A stretch of DNA of 64,000 bases from Candidatus Latescibacterota bacterium (GTDB lineage Bacteria; Latescibacterota; UBA2968; UBA8231), in NCBI GenBank assembly GCA_965217585.1, contig OZ244561.1:4288001-4352000 (forward strand), read 5' to 3'. The notes under the pieces were generated by a model. It ran no database searches, was not told where the DNA came from, and worked only from the letters and a program-made list of their open reading frames with translations. This document shows, in pieces, positions 53,883 to 62,985 of the stretch (positions are counted from its first letter, which is position 1; every line of letters starts with the position of its first letter). The position numbers were made by a program, and so were the translations under genes.

Positions 53883-54118
53883 AAATGAGCTCCCGTTACG
53901 TCAAAATAGTGGAATGGTCTGATGAAGATCAGTGCTATGTTGGCAGTTGTCCGGGTCTCTTTTATGGTGGATGTCACGGTGATAACGAACAAGAAGTGTT
54001 TGCAGAATTGTGCCACATCGTTGAAGAGACAATTGAACTATACAGGCAAGACGGCAGGCCATTACCTTCACCGACATCCGGTAAGGACTATGCCAACAAG
54101 ATGTTAGAAATTGCCTGA
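53879..54118 (+). CDS. hicB: HicB family antitoxin (short)
   Basis: VEWSDEDQCYVGSCPGL..GCHGDNEQE..GRPLPSP; overlaps the hicA stop. Confidence 0.88.
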   Translation: MKMSSRYVKIVEWSDEDQCYVGSCPGLFYGGCHGDNEQEVFAELCHIVEETIELYRQDGRPLPSPTSGKDYANKMLEIA

Positions 54119-54135
54119 CAAGTCGTTGTAGTCAA

Positions 54136-55713
54136 TCAGTGTGAGATACCCAATTCGACGCCAGTCAGTATCACTTGCTCGCGGCGATCTTTTTGCCCTA
54201 CCACTAGCCGCACGGCGATCTCGTTGGTCCCCTGCCGCAAAAAAGAACCATCCACTGCAAATTCCACGCTGACTCCTTCCATTTTTCCCTCGACCGGACG
54301 GGTTGGATAGCTGGCCCAAAACAGCGGCGCTGCCTGCTGGCGTGCCCAGCCCTCACCGGAGACTTGGGCTTGATCCCAAGGGAGGGTGTGGCCGTTGAGA
54401 ACGACTTCGAGGCGGTCTTCCGGGGGCAAGCGATCCAAACGCAAGGCCAAGCCGCTGGTGGCGTCGGCTACCTCATCGGCGACGCGAATGCGAAGCGTCG
54501 GCCCCAAACTCGGGCTTTCAGCGGGCAAAGGCACGGGAAGCTGCGTCGAGGGGTTGGCCAAGCGGAAGGCGGCCCCGTGGCCCTCCGTGGGGCTGAAGGG
54601 CATGGTGCCGCCGATCTCATAGCACTTGTCGAGTTTTTTCAGGGTTGCGAGATCGGAAAACTCAGCGGCGGTTTGGCGGTTCCATTCGGGCGACATGGTG
54701 TAGAAGTTGTACAGATAAATGCCGTCGGCCCCGTCGGTGAGCCAGCGCAGGGCCAAGGCGCGGAGGAAGTGCCGGTCGCTGTGGCGGGTGGCCTCGATGC
54801 AGCCATAGACGAGGCAGGGGGTAGCGGCCGCAGCGCGGACAAATTCATCGACCGGGGTCTCAAACGAGATAAAGCCGCCGCCAACGACGACGATATCGAC
54901 GAGCCCAGTCTCGATCCATTCGTCAACATTGAGACCAATGCACCGGGAGTCGGCCAAAGTCGGGGGGACGCGGACGGCCAGTTGCATCGGTTTGCCCCGT
55001 TGGGCACTGACCTCGTCGAGCCGCGCCCTGATCTTTTGCACCAGATCAGTCATCAGGTAGCTGTTGGCCGTGGCTTCGGCCATGCGGAAGAAGGCCGAAT
55101 GGCGCATGAAGTCGAGTTCGATGCCATCTACGTCAAAGCGCTCAAAGACCTCGCAGGCGATGCGCCGCATGTGTTCGCGCACCTCGGGGTGGGCGTAGTC
55201 GAGGCCGGTGCGGATGCCCCACTCGACCGACTTTTCGGGGAATTCTTCGCCGGGGCGGCCAATGAGCAGGTGGGGCTGCTCGCGGCGGAAGCGACCGTAG
55301 CCGGGATGGGTCGGGTCGATCACGTAGTGGCTGTTCATGCGCACGCGCGGGAAGAAGGGGATCTCCGCCTCCCGGCACAGTCTCGCAAGCGCAGTCAACG
55401 GCCCGCCGCACTCGGCAATCAGACCTTGTAGGTTGGCGGCGAGCTGCTCCTCGACGCCGGGCGTGGCCGAGTGGACAAAGGAAGGGGCTGTCGCGTCGAG
55501 GCCGCTGCTTTCGTCGCCGAATCGCTCGCCAATCTCCGTCTCGAACTGATACACCTCGTGATCACCTGTGCTCCACCAGAGCGCGCCGCCGGTGCCAGCA
55601 TAGCCGTCGACGACTTTTTCCTTGAGGTCGGAGACGGTGACGTTTTTCTCGGCCGTGAAAATCCAGCCGTCGTCGGTGAAGATGATGGGTGGTGCCTTGG
55701 GCTCGTGGGTCAT
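54136..55713 (-). CDS. Hypothetical glycoside-hydrolase-like TIM-barrel protein
   Basis: RMNSH, LDYAHPEVR, FDVDGIELDFMR, GADGIYLYNF. Confidence 0.65.
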   Translation of the reverse strand: MTHEPKAPPIIFTDDGWIFTAEKNVTVSDLKEKVVDGYAGTGGALWWSTGDHEVYQFETEIGERFGDESSGLDATAPSFVHSATPGVEEQLAANLQGLIAECGGPLTALARLCREAEIPFFPRVRMNSHYVIDPTHPGYGRFRREQPHLLIGRPGEEFPEKSVEWGIRTGLDYAHPEVREHMRRIACEVFERFDVDGIELDFMRHSAFFRMAEATANSYLMTDLVQKIRARLDEVSAQRGKPMQLAVRVPPTLADSRCIGLNVDEWIETGLVDIVVVGGGFISFETPVDEFVRAAAATPCLVYGCIEATRHSDRHFLRALALRWLTDGADGIYLYNFYTMSPEWNRQTAAEFSDLATLKKLDKCYEIGGTMPFSPTEGHGAAFRLANPSTQLPVPLPAESPSLGPTLRIRVADEVADATSGLALRLDRLPPEDRLEVVLNGHTLPWDQAQVSGEGWARQQAAPLFWASYPTRPVEGKMEGVSVEFAVDGSFLRQGTNEIAVRLVVGQKDRREQVILTGVELGISH

Positions 55714-55726
55714 GTCGCTTCCTCCG

Positions 55727-56800
55727 CTAACAGTCTAGATAGGTTTTGATGATGTCGATGATCAGGGCGATGTCGCAGCGGGCCTCTTCCAAGGGAGTAC
55801 GCGGCTGCGCGCCTTCAGTGATACAGGCGTGGAAGTGCTTCAGCTCGCGGACGAAGGGGCCTTCCCACGCGATGGCCGGGCGGTGGACGATGGCCTCGCC
55901 GGTCTCGTCGAGTGTTTGAATCTCCAGGGTGGAGAGGATCCCCCGCGAAAAGCCGGTCGGGTAGGATAGCAGCACGCGGCGGTCGTCACCGCAAACTTCG
56001 AGGGTCTCCTTGAAGTCGCGCACATCCCTCAGCTCGACCCAAGTGGCCGAGCAGCGAGCGCCGTTTGGGTATGCGAGCATGGTGCTGACGCCCCAGCCGT
56101 TGTACCAGATCTCGGTGCTGGAGACTCTTTCGGGTTCGCCCATGATGGCGCGCAGGCCGTAGATGTCGTGGATCATGCTGCCGGAGAGGTGGCCAAAAGC
56201 AGCCTGCACGTCGGCGGGGACCTCGCCGATGGCTTCGCGCACGGCCGCAGCGCGGGCCGCGCTCGTCTGCTCGACGGCATCAGCGGGTATGTCGTCGGTG
56301 CGATGCAGGCGGAAGTGCGCCAGATGATGCGCGTTGCTGGTGTGCAGGTGGTGGATCTGCACGAAGCGAATCGCGGCCATGTCAGCGGCGGCGTGGGCCG
56401 CGGCCTCAAAGGCCGGGTCGTACACCTTCATATAACCGGCCAAGCCAACGGTGCCAGCCGCCTGCCGGGCGGCAATGATCCGGTCGGCCTCTTGCAGCGA
56501 GAAGCAGATCGGCTTTTCGATGAAGACGTGTTTGCCGGCTTCAAAGGCGGCGACGGCGATCTCGGTCTTGGGATCGGTGTGGCACAAGAGCACGGCGTCG
56601 AGATCGGCGGCGAGCAGCGCGCGCCAGTCGTCGGTGTGGTGCGGCACGTGAAATTCCCGCGCCACGGTCTGCGCCAAGCTCGGCGAGAGGTCGCAGACCA
56701 TCTCGACGGAAAACAGGTCCTTGAGCGCGGTGAGGTTGGGCAGGTGCTGGACTTGGGCGACGGCTCCGCAGCCGATGACGCCGATGCGGATAGGGGCCAT
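55727..56800 (-). CDS. Gfo/Idh/MocA oxidoreductase
   Basis: IGVIGCGAVAQ, GKHVFIEKP, MIHDI. Confidence 0.9.
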   Translation of the reverse strand: MAPIRIGVIGCGAVAQVQHLPNLTALKDLFSVEMVCDLSPSLAQTVAREFHVPHHTDDWRALLAADLDAVLLCHTDPKTEIAVAAFEAGKHVFIEKPICFSLQEADRIIAARQAAGTVGLAGYMKVYDPAFEAAAHAAADMAAIRFVQIHHLHTSNAHHLAHFRLHRTDDIPADAVEQTSAARAAAVREAIGEVPADVQAAFGHLSGSMIHDIYGLRAIMGEPERVSSTEIWYNGWGVSTMLAYPNGARCSATWVELRDVRDFKETLEVCGDDRRVLLSYPTGFSRGILSTLEIQTLDETGEAIVHRPAIAWEGPFVRELKHFHACITEGAQPRTPLEEARCDIALIIDIIKTYLDC

Positions 56801-56801
56801 G

Positions 56802-57446
56802 TCAACCCACCTTGCCGACGCGGGGCGTCAAGTCGTTCCACAGATCGGCCATTGCGTAGGCCTGCTTAAAGCTCTGATACACGTCTTGCCACATGGCCTC
56901 GCGCAGCTTAGTAGCTTGTGCTTCGTCGCCGGCCGCGAGAGCCGCCTTGAGTTGGTCGCTCCTTGCAGCTTGGGCGGTCGCTTGGTCGCTGGCGGCTTGG
57001 GCTAAGTCGGCGGACGCGGCGGTGAAGTTGTCGATGAGTTCGTCGATGGGTGTGTCGGTATCCGTCTCCACGTCGTACGAGCTGGAGGGCTGGAAGTGGG
57101 TCGGGTGGCGAGTGCCGTCGGGATCGCGGCCGGTGTGGGTCGGCTGGATGTGGGGCGTTACTGACAGGTACATGACCATTGGTTCGTCGCCGATGGCCCG
57201 CACCTGATGAGTCTCGTCGGCGAGGGCAACGCAGAGCTGGCCCGCGCACAGTTCCTTTTCGCTGCCAGCTATGTGGAAGACGCAGCGGCCTTGCAGGATG
57301 AGGAAAATCTCGTGGCCGAGGTCGTGGCTGTGCAGGCCGGCCACCGCGCCCGGCTCCATGCGCAGGAAGCGGGAGCGGATGTGTGGCGTGACGAGGAGGT
57401 TTTTGATGTGTTCTTCTTGGCGAAAGTCGAAAATTTCAAAGGCCAT
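56802..57446 (-). CDS. Cupin domain protein
   Basis: HSHDLGHEIFLILQG..ETHQV. Confidence 0.85.
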   Translation of the reverse strand: MAFEIFDFRQEEHIKNLLVTPHIRSRFLRMEPGAVAGLHSHDLGHEIFLILQGRCVFHIAGSEKELCAGQLCVALADETHQVRAIGDEPMVMYLSVTPHIQPTHTGRDPDGTRHPTHFQPSSSYDVETDTDTPIDELIDNFTAASADLAQAASDQATAQAARSDQLKAALAAGDEAQATKLREAMWQDVYQSFKQAYAMADLWNDLTPRVGKVG

Positions 57447-57563
57447 GAACAGGCTCCTTGCGAAAGTGGACGGGAATGGTACCCAATATACCCAAGTCCA
57501 GCGTCTCTAAAAACGTCTATACAGAAAGCTACTCATCGGTTCTGAACAGTTCGTCCGAACTTG

Positions 57564-59318
57564 TCAGACCTCGACGAATCCTTCTGGCAACCCCTCCCCT
57601 TTGACCAACGCCTCTTTCAACGCCCGCGCATGTTGGCAAATCCCCCGATAAGAAAACCCCTTACAACTGCAACTTATGTCGTTTCCTTCCACCTCTAATT
57701 CGTAGAACGTCCCCGGCTGCGACGAACTGTCCACCCGGTACAGCGCTCGCTTTGGCCCTGCCAATACCCGTGCCAACACGCGCACCGCCTCCGCCGACGG
57801 CAAGCGCGACTTGGCCGCCGGATCGACGGCGGGCTGCGCGGCGACAAAGGCCGCCCCGGCCTCGCGCAACAATTCCACCACTTGCTGATCGTCCATCGCG
57901 CCAGTGGGCGGCGCGGGCAGCACTTCCATTACTCGCCGTAACTCGTCCATCACGTCGCGCTGGAAATCTTCGGGCAAGGCGCTGCCTTCGACGAGTTGGT
58001 CGATCAGCGCCGACTTGGTTTCGAGGACCGTCTTGACGAATTCGTCGATCGTGCCGCTACCGACCATATAGGTGACGTTGACGGCTTGCTGTTGCCCGAT
58101 GCGGTAGGCCCGGTCCTCGGCCTGCCAGTGATTAACCGGCACCCAGTCGAGATCGTTGAAGACCACCTGCCGCGCTGCCGTGAGGTTGAGCCCGATGCCC
58201 CCGGCGGTAATCTGCGCGGCCAGCACCTGCACTGAATCGTCCTCCTGAAAGCGGTCGGCCAGTTGTTGCCGCTCGCTGGCTGGCACTTCGCCGGTGATGG
58301 CTACCGCCTTCTGGCCAAAGTGCTTGCGCAGCGTGTTGACGGGTGATAGATAACACGAGAAGACCAGCACCTTCTCGCCTTGCTCCAACGCATTTTCGAC
58401 GAAGGGGATCGTGCTGCGGACCTTGGCGATGGCCAAGCGGTTGCGTGCAGTGGTCAACTGGCCCATGATCCAGCCCTGGCGCGAGCGGCGCTCCGCCTCG
58501 GTCTCGCCGGCAAGCTCGGCTTGGCCCCGACGCGAGATGGTGTGCAACAACTCCATCACCGCCTCGCTCATATCGCGTGCCACCCGGCTGGCGACCTCCA
58601 CGTCGAGCCAACTGCGGATCTTGGGCGGCAGATCGAGCACTTCGGCCTTGGTGCGACGCAGCATGATGCCGTGCAATTGCAAGGTCAGCTCTTCGATGTT
58701 GGAGGCCCCGTCGGCGACCCAGCCGTAGTCGCCCTTGTAGCCGTCGCAATAGCGCTTGGCAAACGAGATGAACGAACGCCCGAGCGCATGGCGCACCAAC
58801 TGCAACAGGGGAAAGAGATCGCGCGGCCGGCTCGTCAATGGCGTGCCGGTCAGAAGGTGGACCACCGCCTCGTCGCCAACGGCCTTGACCAAGTCCAGCG
58901 ACAGGCGGTGCCGCTGGCTGCGGTAATTCTTGAGATAGTGGGCCTCGTCGAAGACTAGGCCACTCCAGGAGTGTGCCGATAGAGGGTGTTTGGCGAGGAT
59001 ATCGTAGTTGATGACGACCCAGCCGGTATAGCCGGGGGCAGGCGCGGGTGCGGGGCCGACGACGGCGATCTCTGCCGCCGGCAGCACCAGCGCAATCTCG
59101 CGCGCCCAGTTGATCTTGACCGCAGCCGGGCAGACGACCAGATACGGCCCCTTGGGTTGGGCTTGGCGCATGGCCAGTACGGACTGCCGCGTCTTGCCCA
59201 GCCCCATGTCGTCGGCGAGGATGGCCCGCTGGCGACCCAACAAAAAGGCAATGCCCTCGACCTGATGGGCATACAGTCCGGCGGCTAGGGCTTCGGCCTG
59301 TTGTTGTGCCGTGCTCAT
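57564..59318 (-). CDS. SNF2-family helicase with C-terminal SWIM zinc finger
   Basis: LADDMGLGKT, DEAH, LTGTP, GIGLNL, QAEDRAYRIGQ; CSCKGFSYRGICQH. Confidence 0.9.
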   Translation of the reverse strand: MSTAQQQAEALAAGLYAHQVEGIAFLLGRQRAILADDMGLGKTRQSVLAMRQAQPKGPYLVVCPAAVKINWAREIALVLPAAEIAVVGPAPAPAPGYTGWVVINYDILAKHPLSAHSWSGLVFDEAHYLKNYRSQRHRLSLDLVKAVGDEAVVHLLTGTPLTSRPRDLFPLLQLVRHALGRSFISFAKRYCDGYKGDYGWVADGASNIEELTLQLHGIMLRRTKAEVLDLPPKIRSWLDVEVASRVARDMSEAVMELLHTISRRGQAELAGETEAERRSRQGWIMGQLTTARNRLAIAKVRSTIPFVENALEQGEKVLVFSCYLSPVNTLRKHFGQKAVAITGEVPASERQQLADRFQEDDSVQVLAAQITAGGIGLNLTAARQVVFNDLDWVPVNHWQAEDRAYRIGQQQAVNVTYMVGSGTIDEFVKTVLETKSALIDQLVEGSALPEDFQRDVMDELRRVMEVLPAPPTGAMDDQQVVELLREAGAAFVAAQPAVDPAAKSRLPSAEAVRVLARVLAGPKRALYRVDSSSQPGTFYELEVEGNDISCSCKGFSYRGICQHARALKEALVKGEGLPEGFVEV

Positions 59319-59328
59319 AGATGCTCGG

Positions 59329-59380
59329 TAGGTATGGAGATGCTTAGTCATGCTGAGCGGAGCGAAGCATCTCATACCTA
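59329..59380. repeat. Intergenic palindrome with a REP-like core
   Basis: TAGGTATGGAGATGCTT..AAGCATCTCATACCTA enclosing GTCATGCTGAGCGGAGCG. Confidence 0.55.
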
Positions 59381-59397
59381 GGGGCTCGTACGTAACA

Positions 59398-60513
59398 TCA
59401 GCAACCACTCAACGCCTTTTTTATTTGCGCGGCGAGGAGCCCCTCGTCGCCATCGGCGACCGTGGGCATGGACAAGTGAAGCTGGCCTGGGGCCGCTGAG
59501 AGCCAGACCGAGGGGTTGCCGTTGCGCAGGGTTTCCTCTATGTCGACGGCGGTGCGCCCGAGGGCTTGTTCGTCCAAGGTCAAGGTCAGGGATGCGCCAT
59601 CGACGGAGCTTTGCACGTGGGGCAGTTCGCCGAGGTGCTGGTGCACGGCCTCGGCGCGGCGGGTGTCGCCTTGGTTGCGGGCGTCGTGGTCCATAGCTAG
59701 CCAGCGGCGCAGGGCCACGACCACGCCGACGACCTCTTGGCGGTCGATCTTGAGCGGGCGGCCAACCCCTTCTAGGTCGCGGGTTTCAAAGCAGGCGAAG
59801 CTGTGCAAGTGGGCCGCGGCGATTAAGTCGGCGCGGCCGCAGAGAATGCCCGAAGAGTTGGGCGCGCCCACGTACTTGGCACCATAGCCGACTAAGTCGG
59901 CCCCGGCCGCGATGTATTGGGTCAAGCCGTCTAGGGGATAGACGCGGAAGGCCGCGTCCACCAAGATCGGGACATCGTGGGCGTGGGCGATGTCAATGGC
60001 CGCGTCCAGCGGGACGATGGCGGCTTCGTTGTCGATGGCCGGGTAGAGTACCGCGGCCGTTTGGGGGCCGATGGCTGCGGCGAGTTCGTCGGCTGTGGTG
60101 CCTTGCTCCGTGCCCGCCTCCACGAGAGTGACGCCGGGCAGGCGCACCATGCGGTCGTATTTGTAGCGCTGGGCCTTTTGGATGACCACCTGGTTGGGCA
60201 TGCCGGTCGAGTCGGGCAGGCGGGCCATTTTCTCTGGATCTGCGCCGGTGACGCAGGCGGCTGTGCCGAGGACCAACGCGGCTGCGCAGCCAGGGGTAAT
60301 CAGCGCGGCCTCGGCCCCGAGCAGGTCGGCGACGATCCGCCCCGTGCTCGCCAAGAAGGCGTCCATGTCAACATAGTAGCGGCCGGCTAGTTCCATGGCG
60401 GCGATGATGTCCGGGTGGGGGGACGACCCCCCTAAGAGGGTGCGCGGGCCGAGGGCGTTGATCACGGGCGTCGCCCCCATATCCGCGTACAGTGCTCGGG
60501 CTTCCTTACTCAT
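59398..60513 (-). CDS. SelA-like / DgaE-like PLP-dependent enzyme
   Basis: PVINALG, GCAAAL, LVDAA, PLP lysine GAKYVGAP, GRPLKIDRQE. Confidence 0.82.
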   Translation of the reverse strand: MSKEARALYADMGATPVINALGPRTLLGGSSPHPDIIAAMELAGRYYVDMDAFLASTGRIVADLLGAEAALITPGCAAALVLGTAACVTGADPEKMARLPDSTGMPNQVVIQKAQRYKYDRMVRLPGVTLVEAGTEQGTTADELAAAIGPQTAAVLYPAIDNEAAIVPLDAAIDIAHAHDVPILVDAAFRVYPLDGLTQYIAAGADLVGYGAKYVGAPNSSGILCGRADLIAAAHLHSFACFETRDLEGVGRPLKIDRQEVVGVVVALRRWLAMDHDARNQGDTRRAEAVHQHLGELPHVQSSVDGASLTLTLDEQALGRTAVDIEETLRNGNPSVWLSAAPGQLHLSMPTVADGDEGLLAAQIKKALSGC

Positions 60514-62830
60514 AAGTGTTCTCTCCATACAGCCCCACCGGGCTAGGTACATGGTTGGCGGGAACCAGCAACAAGGGCAAACCATTGTGCTGGAGGCGAA
60601 ATTGCAGGTAGTCGAGTTCGGGGGTGGGCTGCGTGGCGAGGCCCAAAAGCCGCGGGCGCAACAGCGCGGGCGAAAACAGCTTGGGCCGGGGCCGCTCCAT
60701 CAGCTCGACGGTCTCGTCCGCCGACAGCCCGATCTTTTCCTTGGCTAGCGCGATGGCCACTTCGAGACCCCCGATCCGGTCGGCGAGGCCGAGCTGCACG
60801 GCGCGCTGGCCGCTCCAGACGCGACCTTGGGCCATGACTTCGACCGAGTCCGGTGCGATGTGGCGACTGCTGGCGACCTTGGCGACAAAGTCCTCGTACA
60901 GCGAGCGGATGTTGCGCTCCATGCGCGCACTTTCGTCCTCAGTGAAGGTGCGGTCTGGCAAGCGCAGGCCGAGCAGGGGCAAGACCATGCCAAAAGGCAA
61001 GTCCGCGTGGCGACCCACCTGCACGCGGCTCGTGCTCAAGCCGAGCCTTTCCTTGAGCCCTTTGTTGTACGCCCAGCCGGCAATGACTCCAATCGAGCCG
61101 GTGATGGTATTGGGTGCGGCGACGATCGCATCGCCGGGCAGCGAGAGCATGTAGCCGCCCGAAGCCGCGAGGTAGCCCTGCGAGACGATGACTGGCTTGT
61201 GCTCGCGGCATTGCAGCACGGCGTCGGCTACGAGGGCCGAGGGCAGGACGTCGCCGCCCGGAGAATCGACGCGCAACACCACGGCGTCCGCTGCCGCGCA
61301 GGCCGAGGCAATCTCGCCGACGAGCCGGCGCGCACCAATGCCGGTGTCCATGGCGCAGACGCCGAGCGCATAGACGATGGCAATGCGCTTGCGCTGCCCC
61401 CAGCGCCGGTCGGCGGGCCGCGCGTACGAATTGGCGGCGACCACGTTGAAGTCCTCGACCATGCGGTCGATTTCGCTCCAGCGCCCGAGGCGATCCACTA
61501 AGCCAGCGTCGAGGGCCTCTTGCGGCAGGAAGAGGGCGGTCTCTTCCACGAGGCGGTCGAAGTGCTCGGGCGCAAGCGAGCGATCGGTGCTGATGTCGCC
61601 GCGGGCGAGGGCGTACCAGTCGTCGAGCAGGGCCGTTAGCTGCTCGCGCTCGCCCGCGGACATGTCGCGGCGGACGTATGCTTCGGTCGCGGACTTGTAC
61701 TGGAAAAGCCGCCACTCGTCAAAGCCGATTCCGAGCTTGTCCAACGCGTCCTTGAAGTACGTGTGCCCCGCCACATAGCCCTGCAAGCCGATCGCGCCGG
61801 CCGGATCGAGCACCAAGTGATCGGCCACCGAGACCCAGTGATAGCCGGACATGCCAACGCGGTCGATGTACACCACGACCCGCTGCCCTCCAGCACGGAT
61901 TTGGCGCAGCTTCTCCCGCAGTTCCCAGCCGAGTGCCGGGCTAATCCGCAGGCCCGAAGCATTGATGGCAAGGCCCTTGATCGCTGGATCGCGGCGCGCG
62001 CGTTCCAGCAAGGCGATGAGGTCGAGCAGGCTCTGCGAATCGTCGAAGAAAGCAAAGCGGCGGTGTTGAACCGGCCCGGACAGCTCCAGCGATAGATAGC
62101 GCGCTCGTGGCCGGAACAGGTTCCCCCGCTGCGCTCCGAAGCGCGCCGCATACGTCTGCTGGGTGCGCCCTCGCGTCTGCGCTTGGAAATCGGCTGCGCC
62201 CAGCCCGATGCGCAAGCCAACGCGCAGGGCGCGGTCTGAGAAGAAGCGCCCCGTCAGCGCCAGCCCCTGCACTAGCTCGACTACGGCTCCGGTGCTCCAG
62301 AAGTCCGCCTCGCCGATGTGCGCGTAATCCGCATACAAGGTTAGGCGCTCGTCTCCCCAGGGACGCAGGGAGAGATCAACGGCCCCTTCGCGGCCTGTGT
62401 TGGCAAAGGTCGAGGTCCAGGTGCCTCCCATTGAAAGATGCGGCCCGGGCCGCCAGATCCCCCCGAGGACCACGTGCCGCACGCTCCCCCACCCCATGCC
62501 CACCCCGAGGCTGAAGTCGTGGTCGCCGGTGCTGAGTCCAGTCCGGTACTCGCGATCGCGGCGGCCATTTACCATCCCAAACCCCAAACGGGGCACGGCC
62601 GTAAAAAGGCCCCACGAATGGACGGAATTGCTGTCCGACCAAGCGACCCCCTGCTCCAAGCCCTCGACATAACTGAGCAGCGCGGGATTGGCGTATCCGT
62701 ATAGCCCTATGTCCAACCCGCCAAAAGCGGCGAGGACGAATTCTCCGCGCTCGGCGTAGGGGATAAACGGCGCTTGGGCGTTTACCGCGCTTGCGACGAG
62801 GAGGCAGCAGAGGAATTGGAACAAGCGCAT
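60506..62830 (-). CDS. sppA: Signal peptide peptidase SppA (S49) with an extra N-terminal beta-rich domain
   Basis: QYKSA, LRVDSPGG, AASGGY, TGSIGV, GRVWSG; signal peptide; start inferred. Confidence 0.85.
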   Translation of the reverse strand: MRLFQFLCCLLVASAVNAQAPFIPYAERGEFVLAAFGGLDIGLYGYANPALLSYVEGLEQGVAWSDSNSVHSWGLFTAVPRLGFGMVNGRRDREYRTGLSTGDHDFSLGVGMGWGSVRHVVLGGIWRPGPHLSMGGTWTSTFANTGREGAVDLSLRPWGDERLTLYADYAHIGEADFWSTGAVVELVQGLALTGRFFSDRALRVGLRIGLGAADFQAQTRGRTQQTYAARFGAQRGNLFRPRARYLSLELSGPVQHRRFAFFDDSQSLLDLIALLERARRDPAIKGLAINASGLRISPALGWELREKLRQIRAGGQRVVVYIDRVGMSGYHWVSVADHLVLDPAGAIGLQGYVAGHTYFKDALDKLGIGFDEWRLFQYKSATEAYVRRDMSAGEREQLTALLDDWYALARGDISTDRSLAPEHFDRLVEETALFLPQEALDAGLVDRLGRWSEIDRMVEDFNVVAANSYARPADRRWGQRKRIAIVYALGVCAMDTGIGARRLVGEIASACAAADAVVLRVDSPGGDVLPSALVADAVLQCREHKPVIVSQGYLAASGGYMLSLPGDAIVAAPNTITGSIGVIAGWAYNKGLKERLGLSTSRVQVGRHADLPFGMVLPLLGLRLPDRTFTEDESARMERNIRSLYEDFVAKVASSRHIAPDSVEVMAQGRVWSGQRAVQLGLADRIGGLEVAIALAKEKIGLSADETVELMERPRPKLFSPALLRPRLLGLATQPTPELDYLQFRLQHNGLPLLLVPANHVPSPVGLYGENTYE

Positions 62831-62985
62831 CGGCAATGGCGAAACCGTGCTACCTTCCTTCCTGAGACGCCGTTCCGACACCTCATACTCCCCGAGGTGC
62901 GCCTGCATCAAGCTCTCCCACAGTTTGCCGTGATTAGGGACGGACTCCCATATCCGTCCCCATTGAGTTTCGCGTCATCCGCATC

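Noticed and set aside
57536-57562. GAAC/GTTC cluster as a second LexA box
   Set aside because: The spacing matches neither the recA motif nor known boxes, and it lies downstream of the helicase.
59398-60513. True selA / selenocysteine machinery
   Set aside because: The protein is short, and no selB, selC or selD lies nearby; it fits the SelA-like family.
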